Source: Veillonellaceae bacterium (GTDB lineage: Bacteria > Bacillota > Negativicutes > Veillonellales > Veillonellaceae). From it: a stretch of 64,000 nucleotides of DNA. Location of the stretch: NCBI GenBank assembly GCA_900765165.1, contig CAAFQR010000110.1, forward strand, positions 6,776-70,775, given 5' to 3'. The notes beneath the pieces are model-generated. The model was not told the DNA's origin, did no database searches, and saw nothing but the letters and a program-made list of their open reading frames with translations. Both the position numbers and the translations under genes were made by a program. Shown here piece by piece: positions 18,690-27,193 of this stretch (positions are counted from its first letter, which is position 1; every line of letters begins with the position of its first letter).

Positions 18690-19238
18690 TTAGAGCAAGG
18701 TTTCGCCGTGCTGGGAGAAGAAAGCCTGCGGATGGCCACATACCGGGCAAACCTGCGGAGCTTCAGTACCAACATGGATGTAACCGCAGTTAGCGCAGAT
18801 CCAAGCAACCGGCTGTTCGCGTTTGAATACTTTGCCGCCGTTTACGAAGGAAAGAAGATCGTTGTAACGTTCTTCGTGGCGTTTTTCGATAGCGCCAACC
18901 TGTTCGAACAAGTAAGCAATCTTAGTGAAGCCTTCTTCTTTAGCGGTTGCTGCGAATTCCGGATACATGGTAGTGTTTTCGTAATGTTCGCCAGCAGCAG
19001 CGTCTTTCAAGTTAACTGCTACGTCAGCGTTAACGTCGCCACCCTGCAATAATTTGAACCAAATTTTAGCATGTGCGCTTTCGTTAAGAGCTGTTTCTTC
19101 AAAGTAGTCAGCAATTTTATTTAAACCTGCTTTGCGAGCAGCAGCTGCATAATAGGTATATTTACGGTTAGCTTGAGATTCACCGGCAAAAGCGGCTTGC
19201 AAATTCTGTTCTGTTTTCGAACCTTTTAATTCAGACAT
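18690..19238 (-). CDS. rbr: Rubrerythrin
   Basis: Diiron ferritin-like domain (E...EXXH motifs) plus a C-terminal rubredoxin-like CxxC...CxxC (CANCGYIHVG...CPVCGHP). Confidence 0.85.
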   Translation of the reverse strand: MSELKGSKTEQNLQAAFAGESQANRKYTYYAAAARKAGLNKIADYFEETALNESAHAKIWFKLLQGGDVNADVAVNLKDAAAGEHYENTTMYPEFAATAKEEGFTKIAYLFEQVGAIEKRHEERYNDLLSFVNGGKVFKREQPVAWICANCGYIHVGTEAPQVCPVCGHPQAFFSQHGETLL

Positions 19239-19808
19239 CGTAATCGCTCCTTTTCATGTACTTACATCGGATGCATCAGTATGGGAATGTAGTAGTAAAC
19301 TTTTACTTACATAAAACTAAACTTTTAGATGACAATGAAAAACATAACTTAATGAATAATCATTGTTGATTACATTATAGCGTCAGGAGTTGAGAAATGC
19401 AAGAGGTATTTTTAATATTTTTGATATAAAATTATAGTTGATAATGTTTATCAATACAGCGTTTACGCGGTATTTTCGAATTCTAATAGATATAAATGCA
19501 ATAAAACACCTATTTTTAGTTATTGAGAATAACTATCACAAGAGAAGAAAACTAATTGAGAATACATAGAGATATCAAACAATATGGTATATATATAATA
19601 GCCATAAGAGGGGCTGTTAAAAGGCGCTGAGTGTTCAGTAGTACTACACAGTCGTTGCCTATGACGATAGAAAATTTGAAATATAATTTGAAAAACTATG
19701 GTATGAATATAAGGGAAAGCGTATAATAAGACATAGAAATAGAGAAAAATAGAAATACATCACAGAATGTGGCGTAAGCGAATAAGGTTTACGCAAAAGG
19801 AGGTACGT

Positions 19809-20033
19809 ATGGCATTTGTTCGGTATTATGTAGGCGATGTGGTAAAGATGAAAAAAGCCCATCCTTGCGGTAGCGATGAATGGGAAGTTATGCGCATCGG
19901 CACTGATTTCACCATTGTGTGCAAGGGCTGTGGTCATCGCGTTATGATTGCGCGACCGAAATTTGAAAAAGCGGTCAAGAAGCTAGTGCACCGAGCAGCT
20001 GTCGACGGTGAAGGTGCAGAAAAAGCTGAATAA
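19809..20033 (+). CDS. DUF951-like small protein with Cys-x2-Cys motifs (putative zinc-ribbon)
   Basis: 74 aa; AAGGAGG RBS 6 nt before the ATG at 19809; HPCGSDEW...CKGCGH motif. The ORF-track start at 19767 lacks an RBS. Confidence 0.55.
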   Translation: MAFVRYYVGDVVKMKKAHPCGSDEWEVMRIGTDFTIVCKGCGHRVMIARPKFEKAVKKLVHRAAVDGEGAEKAE

Positions 20034-20069
20034 TCGCGTCCCAACAGGTGACGCTAGCGAGGTGAGGCG

Positions 20070-21101
20070 ATGATACAGTTAACAAAATATGCGGCAAAAG
20101 GGGGATGCGCTTGTAAAATCGGACCCCATATTTTGGCGCGCGTTTTACAAGGTGTACAGCTACCGACCAGTGATAAGGTGCTAGTCGATATGAGTGGCGC
20201 CGATGATGCCGGCGTGTATCAGCTGGATGATAAGCAGGCATTGGTGCAGACGTTGGATTTCTTCACGCCTATTGTGGATGACCCGGAGCTGTTTGGGCGC
20301 ATTGCGGCGGCAAATAGTGTCAGCGATGTGTATGCTATGGGTGGCACGCCCATAACGGCCATGAATATTGTAGGCTTCCCGGTGCCGTTAGTCGAACAAG
20401 GGGCTTTGACGGCTGTGTTGAACGGCGCGGCTGACGTACTGCGCGAAGCCGGCGTTGCCGTTGTCGGTGGTCATAGTATTGAAAATGAAACGCCTATTTA
20501 CGGCTTATCGGTAACAGGGCTTATCGACCCGAATCGCGTGTGGCGCAATGAAGGCGCTCAGGTTGGGGACGCACTAATCTTGACGAAGCCTCTGGGCACG
20601 GGTGTTATGAGCTTAGCTTTAAAGGGCGGCTTATATGATGACGGCGTCGCTGAAGCGGTGCAGTCTATGCAGACGCTTAACCGCAAGGCTGCTGAAACAG
20701 CGAAGAGCTTTACAGTTCACGGCTGTACAGATATAACCGGCTTTAGTCTTATGGGGCATGGAACGGAAATGGCCAATGGCAGCAATGTGTCGCTACGCCT
20801 TGAAGTGGCGCGGTTGCCGCTGTTCAGCCATGTTCAAGAAGCAGCAGGAATGGGCCTCGTGCCGGCTGCTACCTATGGGAATCGGAAAGCCGTTACCAGC
20901 GTATGGTTTGATCCGGTGTTAGCACCGGTTTGGAGCGATATATGTTACGATCCGCAAACGTCGGGCGGCTTGTTGTTAGCTGTGCCGGATGACGAAGCGG
21001 ACGCGCTCGTTACGGCGTTACACGAAAATGGTGTACCCCAAGCGGCGCGCATTGGTCGTGTTATTGAGAAAGGAGACTTTGCAGTTTATGTCTATCAGTG
21101 A
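20070..21101 (+). CDS. selD: Selenide, water dikinase (selenophosphate synthetase), Cys-type
   Basis: N-terminal glycine-rich active-site loop AAKGGCACKIGP (Cys, not Sec). AIR-synthase-like fold motifs (DDAGVY, GGHSI). Confidence 0.85.
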   Translation: MIQLTKYAAKGGCACKIGPHILARVLQGVQLPTSDKVLVDMSGADDAGVYQLDDKQALVQTLDFFTPIVDDPELFGRIAAANSVSDVYAMGGTPITAMNIVGFPVPLVEQGALTAVLNGAADVLREAGVAVVGGHSIENETPIYGLSVTGLIDPNRVWRNEGAQVGDALILTKPLGTGVMSLALKGGLYDDGVAEAVQSMQTLNRKAAETAKSFTVHGCTDITGFSLMGHGTEMANGSNVSLRLEVARLPLFSHVQEAAGMGLVPAATYGNRKAVTSVWFDPVLAPVWSDICYDPQTSGGLLLAVPDDEADALVTALHENGVPQAARIGRVIEKGDFAVYVYQ

Positions 21102-21786
21102 TATCGTAGTGGATGCCCGCGGCGTGTTGTGCCCGGTGCCGGTAATTGAAACGAAAAAAGCGATGGATGCTAACCCGAATAGCGTCATCGTCACGCTTGT
21201 AGATAATGAAGTAAGCCGCGATAATGTTAAGAAGTTCGGTGAATCGAAGGGCTGTGCCGTGTTGGTGTCCCAGGATGGCAAGACCTTTACGCTTCGCTTA
21301 GAACCGAAGCAGGACGAACCGGCGAATACGACCGCTGATGCGGGTAAGAAGGCAGCTATGGCAGCCGCTATGGGTACCGTTGCAACCGCTGCTGTTGGTG
21401 GCGGCGTAGCAGCAGCGCCTAATGTGGGTCCTGTGCCGACGACGAATGGCATCGGCCATAAGGTATTGCTCATGACCAAGGATTACTTAGGTGAAGGCAA
21501 TCAGGACTTGGGCCGTACGTTGATGAAGACGTTCTGGTTCTGCTTGACAGAAGCAGCAGTGAAGCCGAAGAAGATTTATTTCATCAATAGCGGTGTTAAA
21601 ATGGTAGCCGAAGGCTCTGTGCATCTGGATAACCTGAAAGCCTTGGCTGACGCCGGCGTTGAAATTGCGGCGTGCGGCATTTGCCTTGATTTCTATGGCC
21701 TCAAGGAAAAGGTAGCCGTTGGCAGCATTACGAACCTGTACGCTATTAGTGATGATTTGCTTACAGAAGCTACGGTAGAGCTGTAA
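21088..21786 (+). CDS. yedF: YedF-like selenium-metabolism protein (TusA/SirA-like N-domain plus DsrE/YedF-like domain)
   Basis: Start at MSISDIVVDARGVLCPVPV (CPxP motif typical of TusA-like proteins), 7 nt after a GGAG. Overlaps the selD 3' end by 14 nt. Ala/Gly-rich linker, then a DsrE-like domain. Confidence 0.7.
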   Translation: MSISDIVVDARGVLCPVPVIETKKAMDANPNSVIVTLVDNEVSRDNVKKFGESKGCAVLVSQDGKTFTLRLEPKQDEPANTTADAGKKAAMAAAMGTVATAAVGGGVAAAPNVGPVPTTNGIGHKVLLMTKDYLGEGNQDLGRTLMKTFWFCLTEAAVKPKKIYFINSGVKMVAEGSVHLDNLKALADAGVEIAACGICLDFYGLKEKVAVGSITNLYAISDDLLTEATVEL

Positions 21787-21802
21787 GCGCGAGGGACCAC
21801 CT

Positions 21803-22072
21803 ATGGCACAGACCTCGGTTTGGGACACAGTGATTCTCTTTACAGACTACTATTTCGGGACGAAAGCAGAAGCGGTGCTGAGCCCTCGTTTCAATGTGAA
21901 ATTAATCCCCACACCGCCGGCCTTGCACAATGCTTGTGGCTTGTGTTTGCTCCTAGAACGGTCTTCCTTGAAGGATGCCTGTCAGAAATTAGCCGACGAA
22001 AAAATAAGCTATTCCGGGGTGTATGAATATTTAGGACCGCAGGTAGAAGGGCCTAAAATCGTTATGAAATAG
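21803..22072 (+). CDS. DUF3343-like small protein (putative Se/S carrier family)
   Basis: 89-aa ORF 17 nt after yedF. Motif VKLIPTPPALHNACGLCLLLE matches my recollection of the DUF3343 core (KLIPTP...CG...). Recalled from memory; no search was run. Confidence 0.4.
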   Translation: MAQTSVWDTVILFTDYYFGTKAEAVLSPRFNVKLIPTPPALHNACGLCLLLERSSLKDACQKLADEKISYSGVYEYLGPQVEGPKIVMK

Positions 22073-22125
22073 TAAGCGCTATGCTACGTGTTATGCTGCA
22101 AGGCGCATCGTAAATTGCATAAACT

Positions 22126-22166
22126 ACAAAAAGGAGCTTGAACGCAAATGCATTCAAGCTCCTTTA
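22126..22166. terminator. Bidirectional intrinsic terminator (ychF on the minus strand; selD-yedF operon on the plus strand)
   Basis: AAAAAGGAGCTTGAA-CGCAAATGCA-TTCAAGCTCCTTT: a 10-bp stem with A/T runs on both sides. Confidence 0.75.
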
Positions 22167-22195
22167 GTATATATAACTATATACGTGTTATTGTA

Positions 22196-23302
22196 TTATA
22201 CATTGAAGCGGAAGTAGGTTACGTCGCCGTCTTTCATGACATAGTCCTTACCTTCCAAGCGAACGAGGCCTTTTTCTTTGGCTGCATTCTGGCTGCCGCA
22301 AGCGATGAGGTCATCATAGGCTACGATTTCGGCACGAATGAAGCCTTTTTCGATATCGCTGTGAATTTTACCGGCTGCCTGCGGTGCTTTGGTACCTTCT
22401 ACGATGGTCCAAGCGCGAGCTTCCATTTCACCGGCAGTGAAGAAGTTGATAAGACCCAACAAGGAATAGCTAGCTTTGATAAGTTTGTCCAAGCCGCTTT
22501 CGGTAACGCCTAAATCTTCTAAGAAGGCGCGCGATTCTTCGTCGGATAATTCGGCGATTTCCGATTCGATACGAGCGGATACAACAACGACTTCGGAACC
22601 TTCGTTAGCAGCGTATTCCTGTACGCGTTTAACGTATTCGTTGCCGCTGTAATCGCTGATTTCATCTTCGGAAATGTTAGCTACGAACACCGATTTTTTA
22701 GCGGTCAAGAGGGTTAACTCTTTGATCATTTCCAATTCGTCTTCGTTGAGGTCTAAGGCGCGAACCGGCGTAGCGTCGCCTAAGGCTTCGATGATGCGGT
22801 CCAATAACGGCATTTCAGCGCGCGCTTCTTTGTCGCCGCTCTTGGCGATTTTTTCGATGCGCTGACGGCGTTTTTCCACCGTATCGAGGTCGGCGAGGCA
22901 CAATTCGGTGTTGATGATTTCAATATCGCGGATGGGGTCAACCGAGCCGGATACGTGAGTTACGTTAGGGTCGTCGAAGCAACGAACAACCTGCGCAATA
23001 GCATCAACCTGGCGGATATGGCTAAGGAATTTATTGCCCAAGCCTTCGCCCTTGGAGGCACCGGCAACAAGACCGGCAATATCTACGAAACGCATAGCAG
23101 CCGGTACAATCTTCTTGGATTTGAACATTTCGGCTAACACATTGATGCGTTCGTCCGGCACGTCTACAACACCAACGTTTGGTTCAATGGTGCAGAACGG
23201 GTAATTGGCAGCTTCGGCGCCGGCTTTGGTAATAGCATTGAACAGGGTACTTTTCCCTACGTTAGGCAACCCAACAATGCCAACTTCTAAATTTGTACTC
23301 AT
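22196..23302 (-). CDS. ychF: Ribosome-binding ATPase YchF (Obg-like)
   Basis: G1 motif GLPNVGKST, NKxD-like region and C-terminal TGS domain; 368 aa. Confidence 0.9.
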   Translation of the reverse strand: MSTNLEVGIVGLPNVGKSTLFNAITKAGAEAANYPFCTIEPNVGVVDVPDERINVLAEMFKSKKIVPAAMRFVDIAGLVAGASKGEGLGNKFLSHIRQVDAIAQVVRCFDDPNVTHVSGSVDPIRDIEIINTELCLADLDTVEKRRQRIEKIAKSGDKEARAEMPLLDRIIEALGDATPVRALDLNEDELEMIKELTLLTAKKSVFVANISEDEISDYSGNEYVKRVQEYAANEGSEVVVVSARIESEIAELSDEESRAFLEDLGVTESGLDKLIKASYSLLGLINFFTAGEMEARAWTIVEGTKAPQAAGKIHSDIEKGFIRAEIVAYDDLIACGSQNAAKEKGLVRLEGKDYVMKDGDVTYFRFNV

Positions 23303-23442
23303 GACAACTCACCTTTATAGTATAATCAAAATAGGAACGCACCTACAGCGAGGTGCGTTAAGACTCAAAATATTATAGCATTATATATAGTGACGATGCA
23401 ACCGCAGGCCGTTCATTTCACCGGTGAAATAAGAAAAATCCG

Positions 23443-23471
23443 TTGACACGGCGCGTCTACTTGTGTATAAT
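23443..23471 (+). promoter_or_regulatory. Sigma-A promoter of rpsF-ssb-rpsR
   Basis: TTGACA (23443-23448), 17-nt spacer, TATAAT (23466-23471). Confidence 0.55.
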
Positions 23472-23550
23472 AGAAAAGCTTATTGATGGTAAGCGCTTCC
23501 TACCCCTATGAGAGATAGGGGCTTAAGTCCGAAAGAGGAGGTGATTTTGT
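23472..23550 (+). promoter_or_regulatory. rpsF 5' leader with hairpin; candidate S6:S18 autoregulatory leader
   Basis: Hairpin CCCCTATGAGAGATAGGGG followed by GAGGAGG. The position matches the known S6-S18-binding rpsF leader element. Confidence 0.3.
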
Positions 23551-23835
23551 ATGAACAAATACGAAGTCATGGTTATTGTGAAACCGGCCGAAGAAGAGGC
23601 AACTAATGCTGTAATTGAAAAAATTGAGGCTTTAATTGCTCGTGTAGGCGGCACAGTAGAAAAGGTAGATCGTTGGGGCAAGCGCCGTCTTGCTTACGCA
23701 GTGAAAAAATTCACTGACGGTTTCTACGTTTTGGTTAATTTCGAAGCAGATCCTGCTGAAATCAAAGAAATCGACCGCGTATTGAAAATTAACGACGACG
23801 TCCTTAAACACCTGATTGTTAAACACGACAAATAA
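23551..23835 (+). CDS. rpsF: 30S ribosomal protein S6
   Basis: MNKYEVMVIVKP...WGKRRLAY; 94 aa. Confidence 0.95.
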   Translation: MNKYEVMVIVKPAEEEATNAVIEKIEALIARVGGTVEKVDRWGKRRLAYAVKKFTDGFYVLVNFEADPAEIKEIDRVLKINDDVLKHLIVKHDK

Positions 23836-23853
23836 GAGCCGAGGAGGTATCTT

Positions 23854-24261
23854 ATGAACTCAGTACAAATCTTGGGTAATTTAGCTCGTGACCCTGAAGT
23901 GCGTTTTACGAAAACCGGCCGTGCCGTAGCAACGTTTACGGTGGCTGCAACGAATACGTATATCGATTCCGCTACGAATGAAGCGAAAGAACAAACCGCT
24001 TTCATCAACTGTGTAGCTTGGGGTCGTTTGGGGGAAGCTGCTGGTAACCTTCGTAAAGGTAGCCGGTGCTTTGTTGAAGGCCGTTTGAACACTCGTTCCT
24101 ATGAAACGCAGGACGGGCAGAAACGGTATGTTACTGAAGTAGTTGCTAACTTTGTTGGCACTGCCTTAGACGCGCAGAACTCCGATTCCTTCGGCGGCGG
24201 TTCGTCGAATTTCGATAGCTTCGGCGGCGGTAACAACAACGAAGAAAACATTCCGTTCTAG
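23854..24261 (+). CDS. ssb: Single-stranded DNA-binding protein
   Basis: OB-fold N-terminal domain, Gly-rich tail and C-terminal acidic tip ending DIPF. Confidence 0.9.
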   Translation: MNSVQILGNLARDPEVRFTKTGRAVATFTVAATNTYIDSATNEAKEQTAFINCVAWGRLGEAAGNLRKGSRCFVEGRLNTRSYETQDGQKRYVTEVVANFVGTALDAQNSDSFGGGSSNFDSFGGGNNNEENIPF

Positions 24262-24300
24262 TGTTTAGGACTCCTACTACTTCGAAAAGGAGGATTCACA

Positions 24301-24531
24301 ATGAGAAGAGACAGAGGCAGAAAGCCGAGAAGAAAAGTCTGCAATTTCTGTGTAGACCATCTTGATGAAATTGATTACAAAGATGTGGCAAAACTTCGTC
24401 GTTTTACGACTGAACGCGGTAAGATTCTTCCGCGCCGCATTTCTGGCACCTGTGCAAAACATCAGCGTAAATTAACGTTGGCAATCAAACGCGCTCGCGC
24501 AATCGCATTGTTACCGTTCACTGCTGAATAG
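24301..24531 (+). CDS. rpsR: 30S ribosomal protein S18
   Basis: [17 protein letters not shown]...[13 protein letters not shown]; 76 aa. Confidence 0.95.
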   Translation: MRRDRGRKPRRKVCNFCVDHLDEIDYKDVAKLRRFTTERGKILPRRISGTCAKHQRKLTLAIKRARAIALLPFTAE

Positions 24532-24540
24532 TAAACAGAT

Positions 24541-24592
24541 AAATCGGGACTGTTATACGAGGCCGTTCTCCTCGTATAGGCAGTCCTTTTTT
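24541..24592 (+). terminator. Intrinsic terminator after rpsR
   Basis: GGGACTGTTATACGAGG...CCTCGTATAGGCAGTCC followed by TTTTTTATT. Confidence 0.7.
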
Positions 24593-24754
24593 ATTGCCAA
24601 AATACGCTATGGGGCGATGGGTTATTTCACAAAAGGTCGTTGAAATAACGAACCAGGTATAGTATACTGGAGGAGTACATTGCTCTATTGTAGAACGGAG
24701 CATTGGGTAGTACGGTAGTGACTGCAGGGCAGTCGGTAGAAAGGAGAATTTTAT

Positions 24755-25741
24755 ATGGGTAAGCGTAGTATGGTATGGGCCATGGTAGGCATGTTAGCGG
24801 CCGGCCTTTTGTTAGGTGGTTGCGGCGGCCAAGGTGGCAGTGTTAGTAATGATGGTAAGATTCACATTGGGGTTATTCAACCGGTGGAACATCCGGCGCT
24901 GGATGCTTCGGTCAAGGGGTTTGCGGATGGTTTGGCACAACGTGGCTACAAGGATGGCGATAAAATTGTGCTGGATAAGCAGAATGCTCAAGGTGACCAG
25001 TCCAATATGGAAACCATCGTTAATCGGTTCATCGCAGATAAGGATAAGCTAATCTATGCGGTGGCTACGTCGACGGCGCAGGTTGCGGCCAATAAGACGA
25101 AGGATATTCCCATTGTAGGCGCAGCGATTTATGATTACCAGAAGGCAGGCCTCGTGAAGAGCTTGGAAAAACCGGGCACAAACGTAACGGGGACGACGAA
25201 CTTCAATCCGGTGGAAAAACAGCTTGATCTTATTTTAAAAGTATTGCCGGGTACTAAAGAAGTGGGCGTTATCTATGCGTCTTCGGAGGTAAATTCGCAG
25301 GCGCAAATCGAAATGTTCAAGGCTTACGCGGCTAAGAAGAACATTAAAATCGTAGAAGGCACCATCAGCAATGTTAACGACATTCAGCAGGTGGCTACGA
25401 ACATGATTCAGCAAGGCGTGAAGGTTATCTTCGTGCCGACGGATAACTTGGTGGCTTCGTCCATGGCTAATTTGACGGCTATTACAGACAAAGCGAAGGT
25501 GCCGGTATTCGTAGCTGATGACAATTTGCTTAAGAGCGGCGGTCTCATGGGTTACACCGTTGATTACTACAAGCTAGGCGTGCAGGCTGGCCAGATGGCA
25601 GCGGATATTTTGGATGGCAAATCCAAACCGGAAGACATGGCCATTCAGTCGCAGCCGACTATGAAGTTAGCAGTCAACAAGGATGCGTTGCAGCGCTTAG
25701 GCATTACCTTGCCAGCCGATTTACCACAAGAAGCTAAGTAA
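24755..25741 (+). CDS. Orphan ABC-transporter substrate-binding lipoprotein (ABC_sub_bind / PF04392-like)
   Basis: Lipobox LLGGCGG. Family resemblance (HIGVIQPVEHPALD...YAVATSTAQ...IVGAAIYD). No permease or ATPase adjacent. Confidence 0.7.
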   Translation: MGKRSMVWAMVGMLAAGLLLGGCGGQGGSVSNDGKIHIGVIQPVEHPALDASVKGFADGLAQRGYKDGDKIVLDKQNAQGDQSNMETIVNRFIADKDKLIYAVATSTAQVAANKTKDIPIVGAAIYDYQKAGLVKSLEKPGTNVTGTTNFNPVEKQLDLILKVLPGTKEVGVIYASSEVNSQAQIEMFKAYAAKKNIKIVEGTISNVNDIQQVATNMIQQGVKVIFVPTDNLVASSMANLTAITDKAKVPVFVADDNLLKSGGLMGYTVDYYKLGVQAGQMAADILDGKSKPEDMAIQSQPTMKLAVNKDALQRLGITLPADLPQEAK

Positions 25742-25787
25742 GTTTCCTGTGAAATGACGGCATCAAAGTGCTAAGAGTATGGGATAT

Positions 25788-25830
25788 CATAAAGGCAGAC
25801 CGGGCTTTCCGGCCTGCCTTTAAAATTTCT
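25788..25830 (+). terminator. Intrinsic terminator after the substrate-binding protein gene
   Basis: AAAGGCAGACCGGGC-TTTCC-GGCCTGCCTTT followed by AAAATTT. Confidence 0.65.
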
Positions 25831-25928
25831 CGAAAAAATTTTTGAGTAATCATAAAAAATGCTTGCCAAGGGTTCTAAATTATGATATATTATAAAAGTA
25901 CCTGATGTGACAACATCAAGTGCTTGCG

Positions 25929-26003
25929 GCCCCGTGGTGTAGCGGTTAACATGTCGCCCTGTCACGGCGAAGATCGTCAGTTCAAATCTGATCGGGGTCG
26001 CCA
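25929..26003 (+). tRNA. tRNA-Asp (anticodon GTC)
   Basis: Hand-folded cloverleaf. Acceptor GGCCCCG / CGGGGTC (one G-U), anticodon stem TCGCC/GGCGA, loop CTGTCAC, T-loop TTCAAAT, CCA encoded. Confidence 0.8.
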
Positions 26004-26026
26004 TTTTTTTTATTCAATTAAATTTG

Positions 26027-26102
26027 CCTCGGTAGCTCAGTCGGTAGAGCAATGGACTGAAAATCCATGTGTCGACAGTTCGATTCTGTCCTGAGGCACC
26101 AT
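26027..26102 (+). tRNA. tRNA-Phe (anticodon GAA)
   Basis: GCCTCGGTAGCTCAGTCGGTAGAGC... Anticodon stem ATGGA/TCCAT, loop CTGAAAA, T-loop TTCGATT, CCA encoded. Confidence 0.85.
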
Positions 26103-26116
26103 ATTGATACACACAT

Positions 26117-26203
26117 GCGGTTGTGGTGGAAAGGCAGACACGCCATCTTGAGGGGGTGGTGAGCTTACGCTCGTATGGGTTCAAGTCCCATCAACCGCAC
26201 CAT
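26117..26203 (+). tRNA. tRNA-Leu (anticodon GAG), long variable arm
   Basis: Acceptor GCGGTTG/CAACCGC, 3-bp D-stem, anticodon stem CCATC/GGTGG with loop TTGAGGG (G37), variable stem-loop GAGC-TTAC-GCTC, T-arm ATGGG-TTCAAGT-CCCAT, CCA encoded. Confidence 0.75.
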
Positions 26204-26211
26204 ACAAAAAT

Positions 26212-26268
26212 AAGGAACGGTAACAAATTGCAATACGTTGTGATTTGTTACCGTTCTTTTGTTTATGC
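26212..26268 (+). terminator. Intrinsic terminator after the tRNA cluster
   Basis: GGAACGGTAACAAAT-(loop)-ATTTGTTACCGTTC followed by TTTTGTTT. Confidence 0.75.
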
Positions 26269-26541
26269 GCCTTTTTTTGCCCTCTATTACTATTAAGGGA
26301 GTAGGAAGCCTTGATGTTTACTGGTGTTTGTTGAACTTGTTCCATTTTGGAACAAGTTGTATTTTTTATGTGTTTGATAATAACTTCTTGAAATCTCTGA
26401 GAAAAATGTAATCTGTAGCAGTATGTGCAAATTTTGCACATACTGAAGGTCAATTCTTGACTTGGCATTTGGTGTCGTGTCATGATATAAGTACTAAATT
26501 AGGATTTTAATATATTAATGAGTACTATAGGGAGGTAGGCT

Positions 26542-26739
26542 ATGAATAAGATTAAAGAAGCTAGACAACAGGCCGGTTTAACACAAAAAGCTATGCATGA
26601 AATGTTTGGCATTCCCAAAAGAACGATAGAAGATTGGGATTCCGGTAAACGTTATCCGCCGGAATGGGTAGAACGTTTAGTGCTTGAAAAATTGGAAAGC
26701 TTGATAAAGGAAAAAGAAGCTAAAGCTACAGAGAGTTGA
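26542..26739 (+). CDS. Small XRE-type helix-turn-helix DNA-binding protein
   Basis: 65 aa; HTH QQAGLTQKAMHEMFGIPKRTIEDWDSGKRYPP; RBS GGGAGG. Lies in an AT-rich islet next to the tRNA genes. Confidence 0.6.
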   Translation: MNKIKEARQQAGLTQKAMHEMFGIPKRTIEDWDSGKRYPPEWVERLVLEKLESLIKEKEAKATES

Positions 26740-27163
26740 AATACATCCCATACGCTTTTTTAAACGCTATATTCGCCATATAGTGTTCATTAGAATTCGG
26801 CAGAACCCCTATTGGAGGTTCACTGTATTCATAGTTATGCTGTATCCAGCCTCTTGTAAGCTTAGAGCGCTTCAGTACCATCAATGTTTTATAGGTTATC
26901 GTTTTGGTAGTAAGGTCATAACAGAAGCGTACTTTGGTAATTGTATCGGTGCTGATATTGGCGTTTCTAGAGATATATTCGGCATCGATGATATAGCTTG
27001 GTGGATTGTATAGTACAACATTAACTGTATCGGTATCTAAATATAGGTAGCTAAAGCCGGATGTCGAAATGGGTACGAAATTGTGGGCCAATGCACAGTT
27101 CGTAATTGATAAGACTGTGGTGACGAGTACAGCAAATATTATTTTTTTCAGCATAGTTAACAC
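26726..27163 (-). CDS. Hypothetical secreted protein (signal peptide; no recognisable domain)
   Basis: 145 aa; N-terminal hydrophobic signal MLKKIIFAVLVTTVLSITNCALA. Its 3' end overlaps the HTH gene convergently. Low GC. Confidence 0.4.
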   Translation of the reverse strand: MLTMLKKIIFAVLVTTVLSITNCALAHNFVPISTSGFSYLYLDTDTVNVVLYNPPSYIIDAEYISRNANISTDTITKVRFCYDLTTKTITYKTLMVLKRSKLTRGWIQHNYEYSEPPIGVLPNSNEHYMANIAFKKAYGMYFNSL

Positions 27164-27193
27164 ATCTCGTTTCTGTTTACATAACGTATGAGA

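Noticed and set aside
26117-26203. Whether the long-arm tRNA is tRNA-Sec, given selD nearby
   Set aside because: Anticodon loop TTGAGGG gives GAG, not TCA. The acceptor stem is 7 bp, not 8, and the D-arm is not the 6-bp Sec type. It folds as a standard type-II tRNA-Leu.
26181-26483. 100-aa minus-strand ORF overlapping tRNA-Leu and its terminator
   Set aside because: Overlaps a tRNA gene and an intrinsic terminator. No RBS. Spurious.
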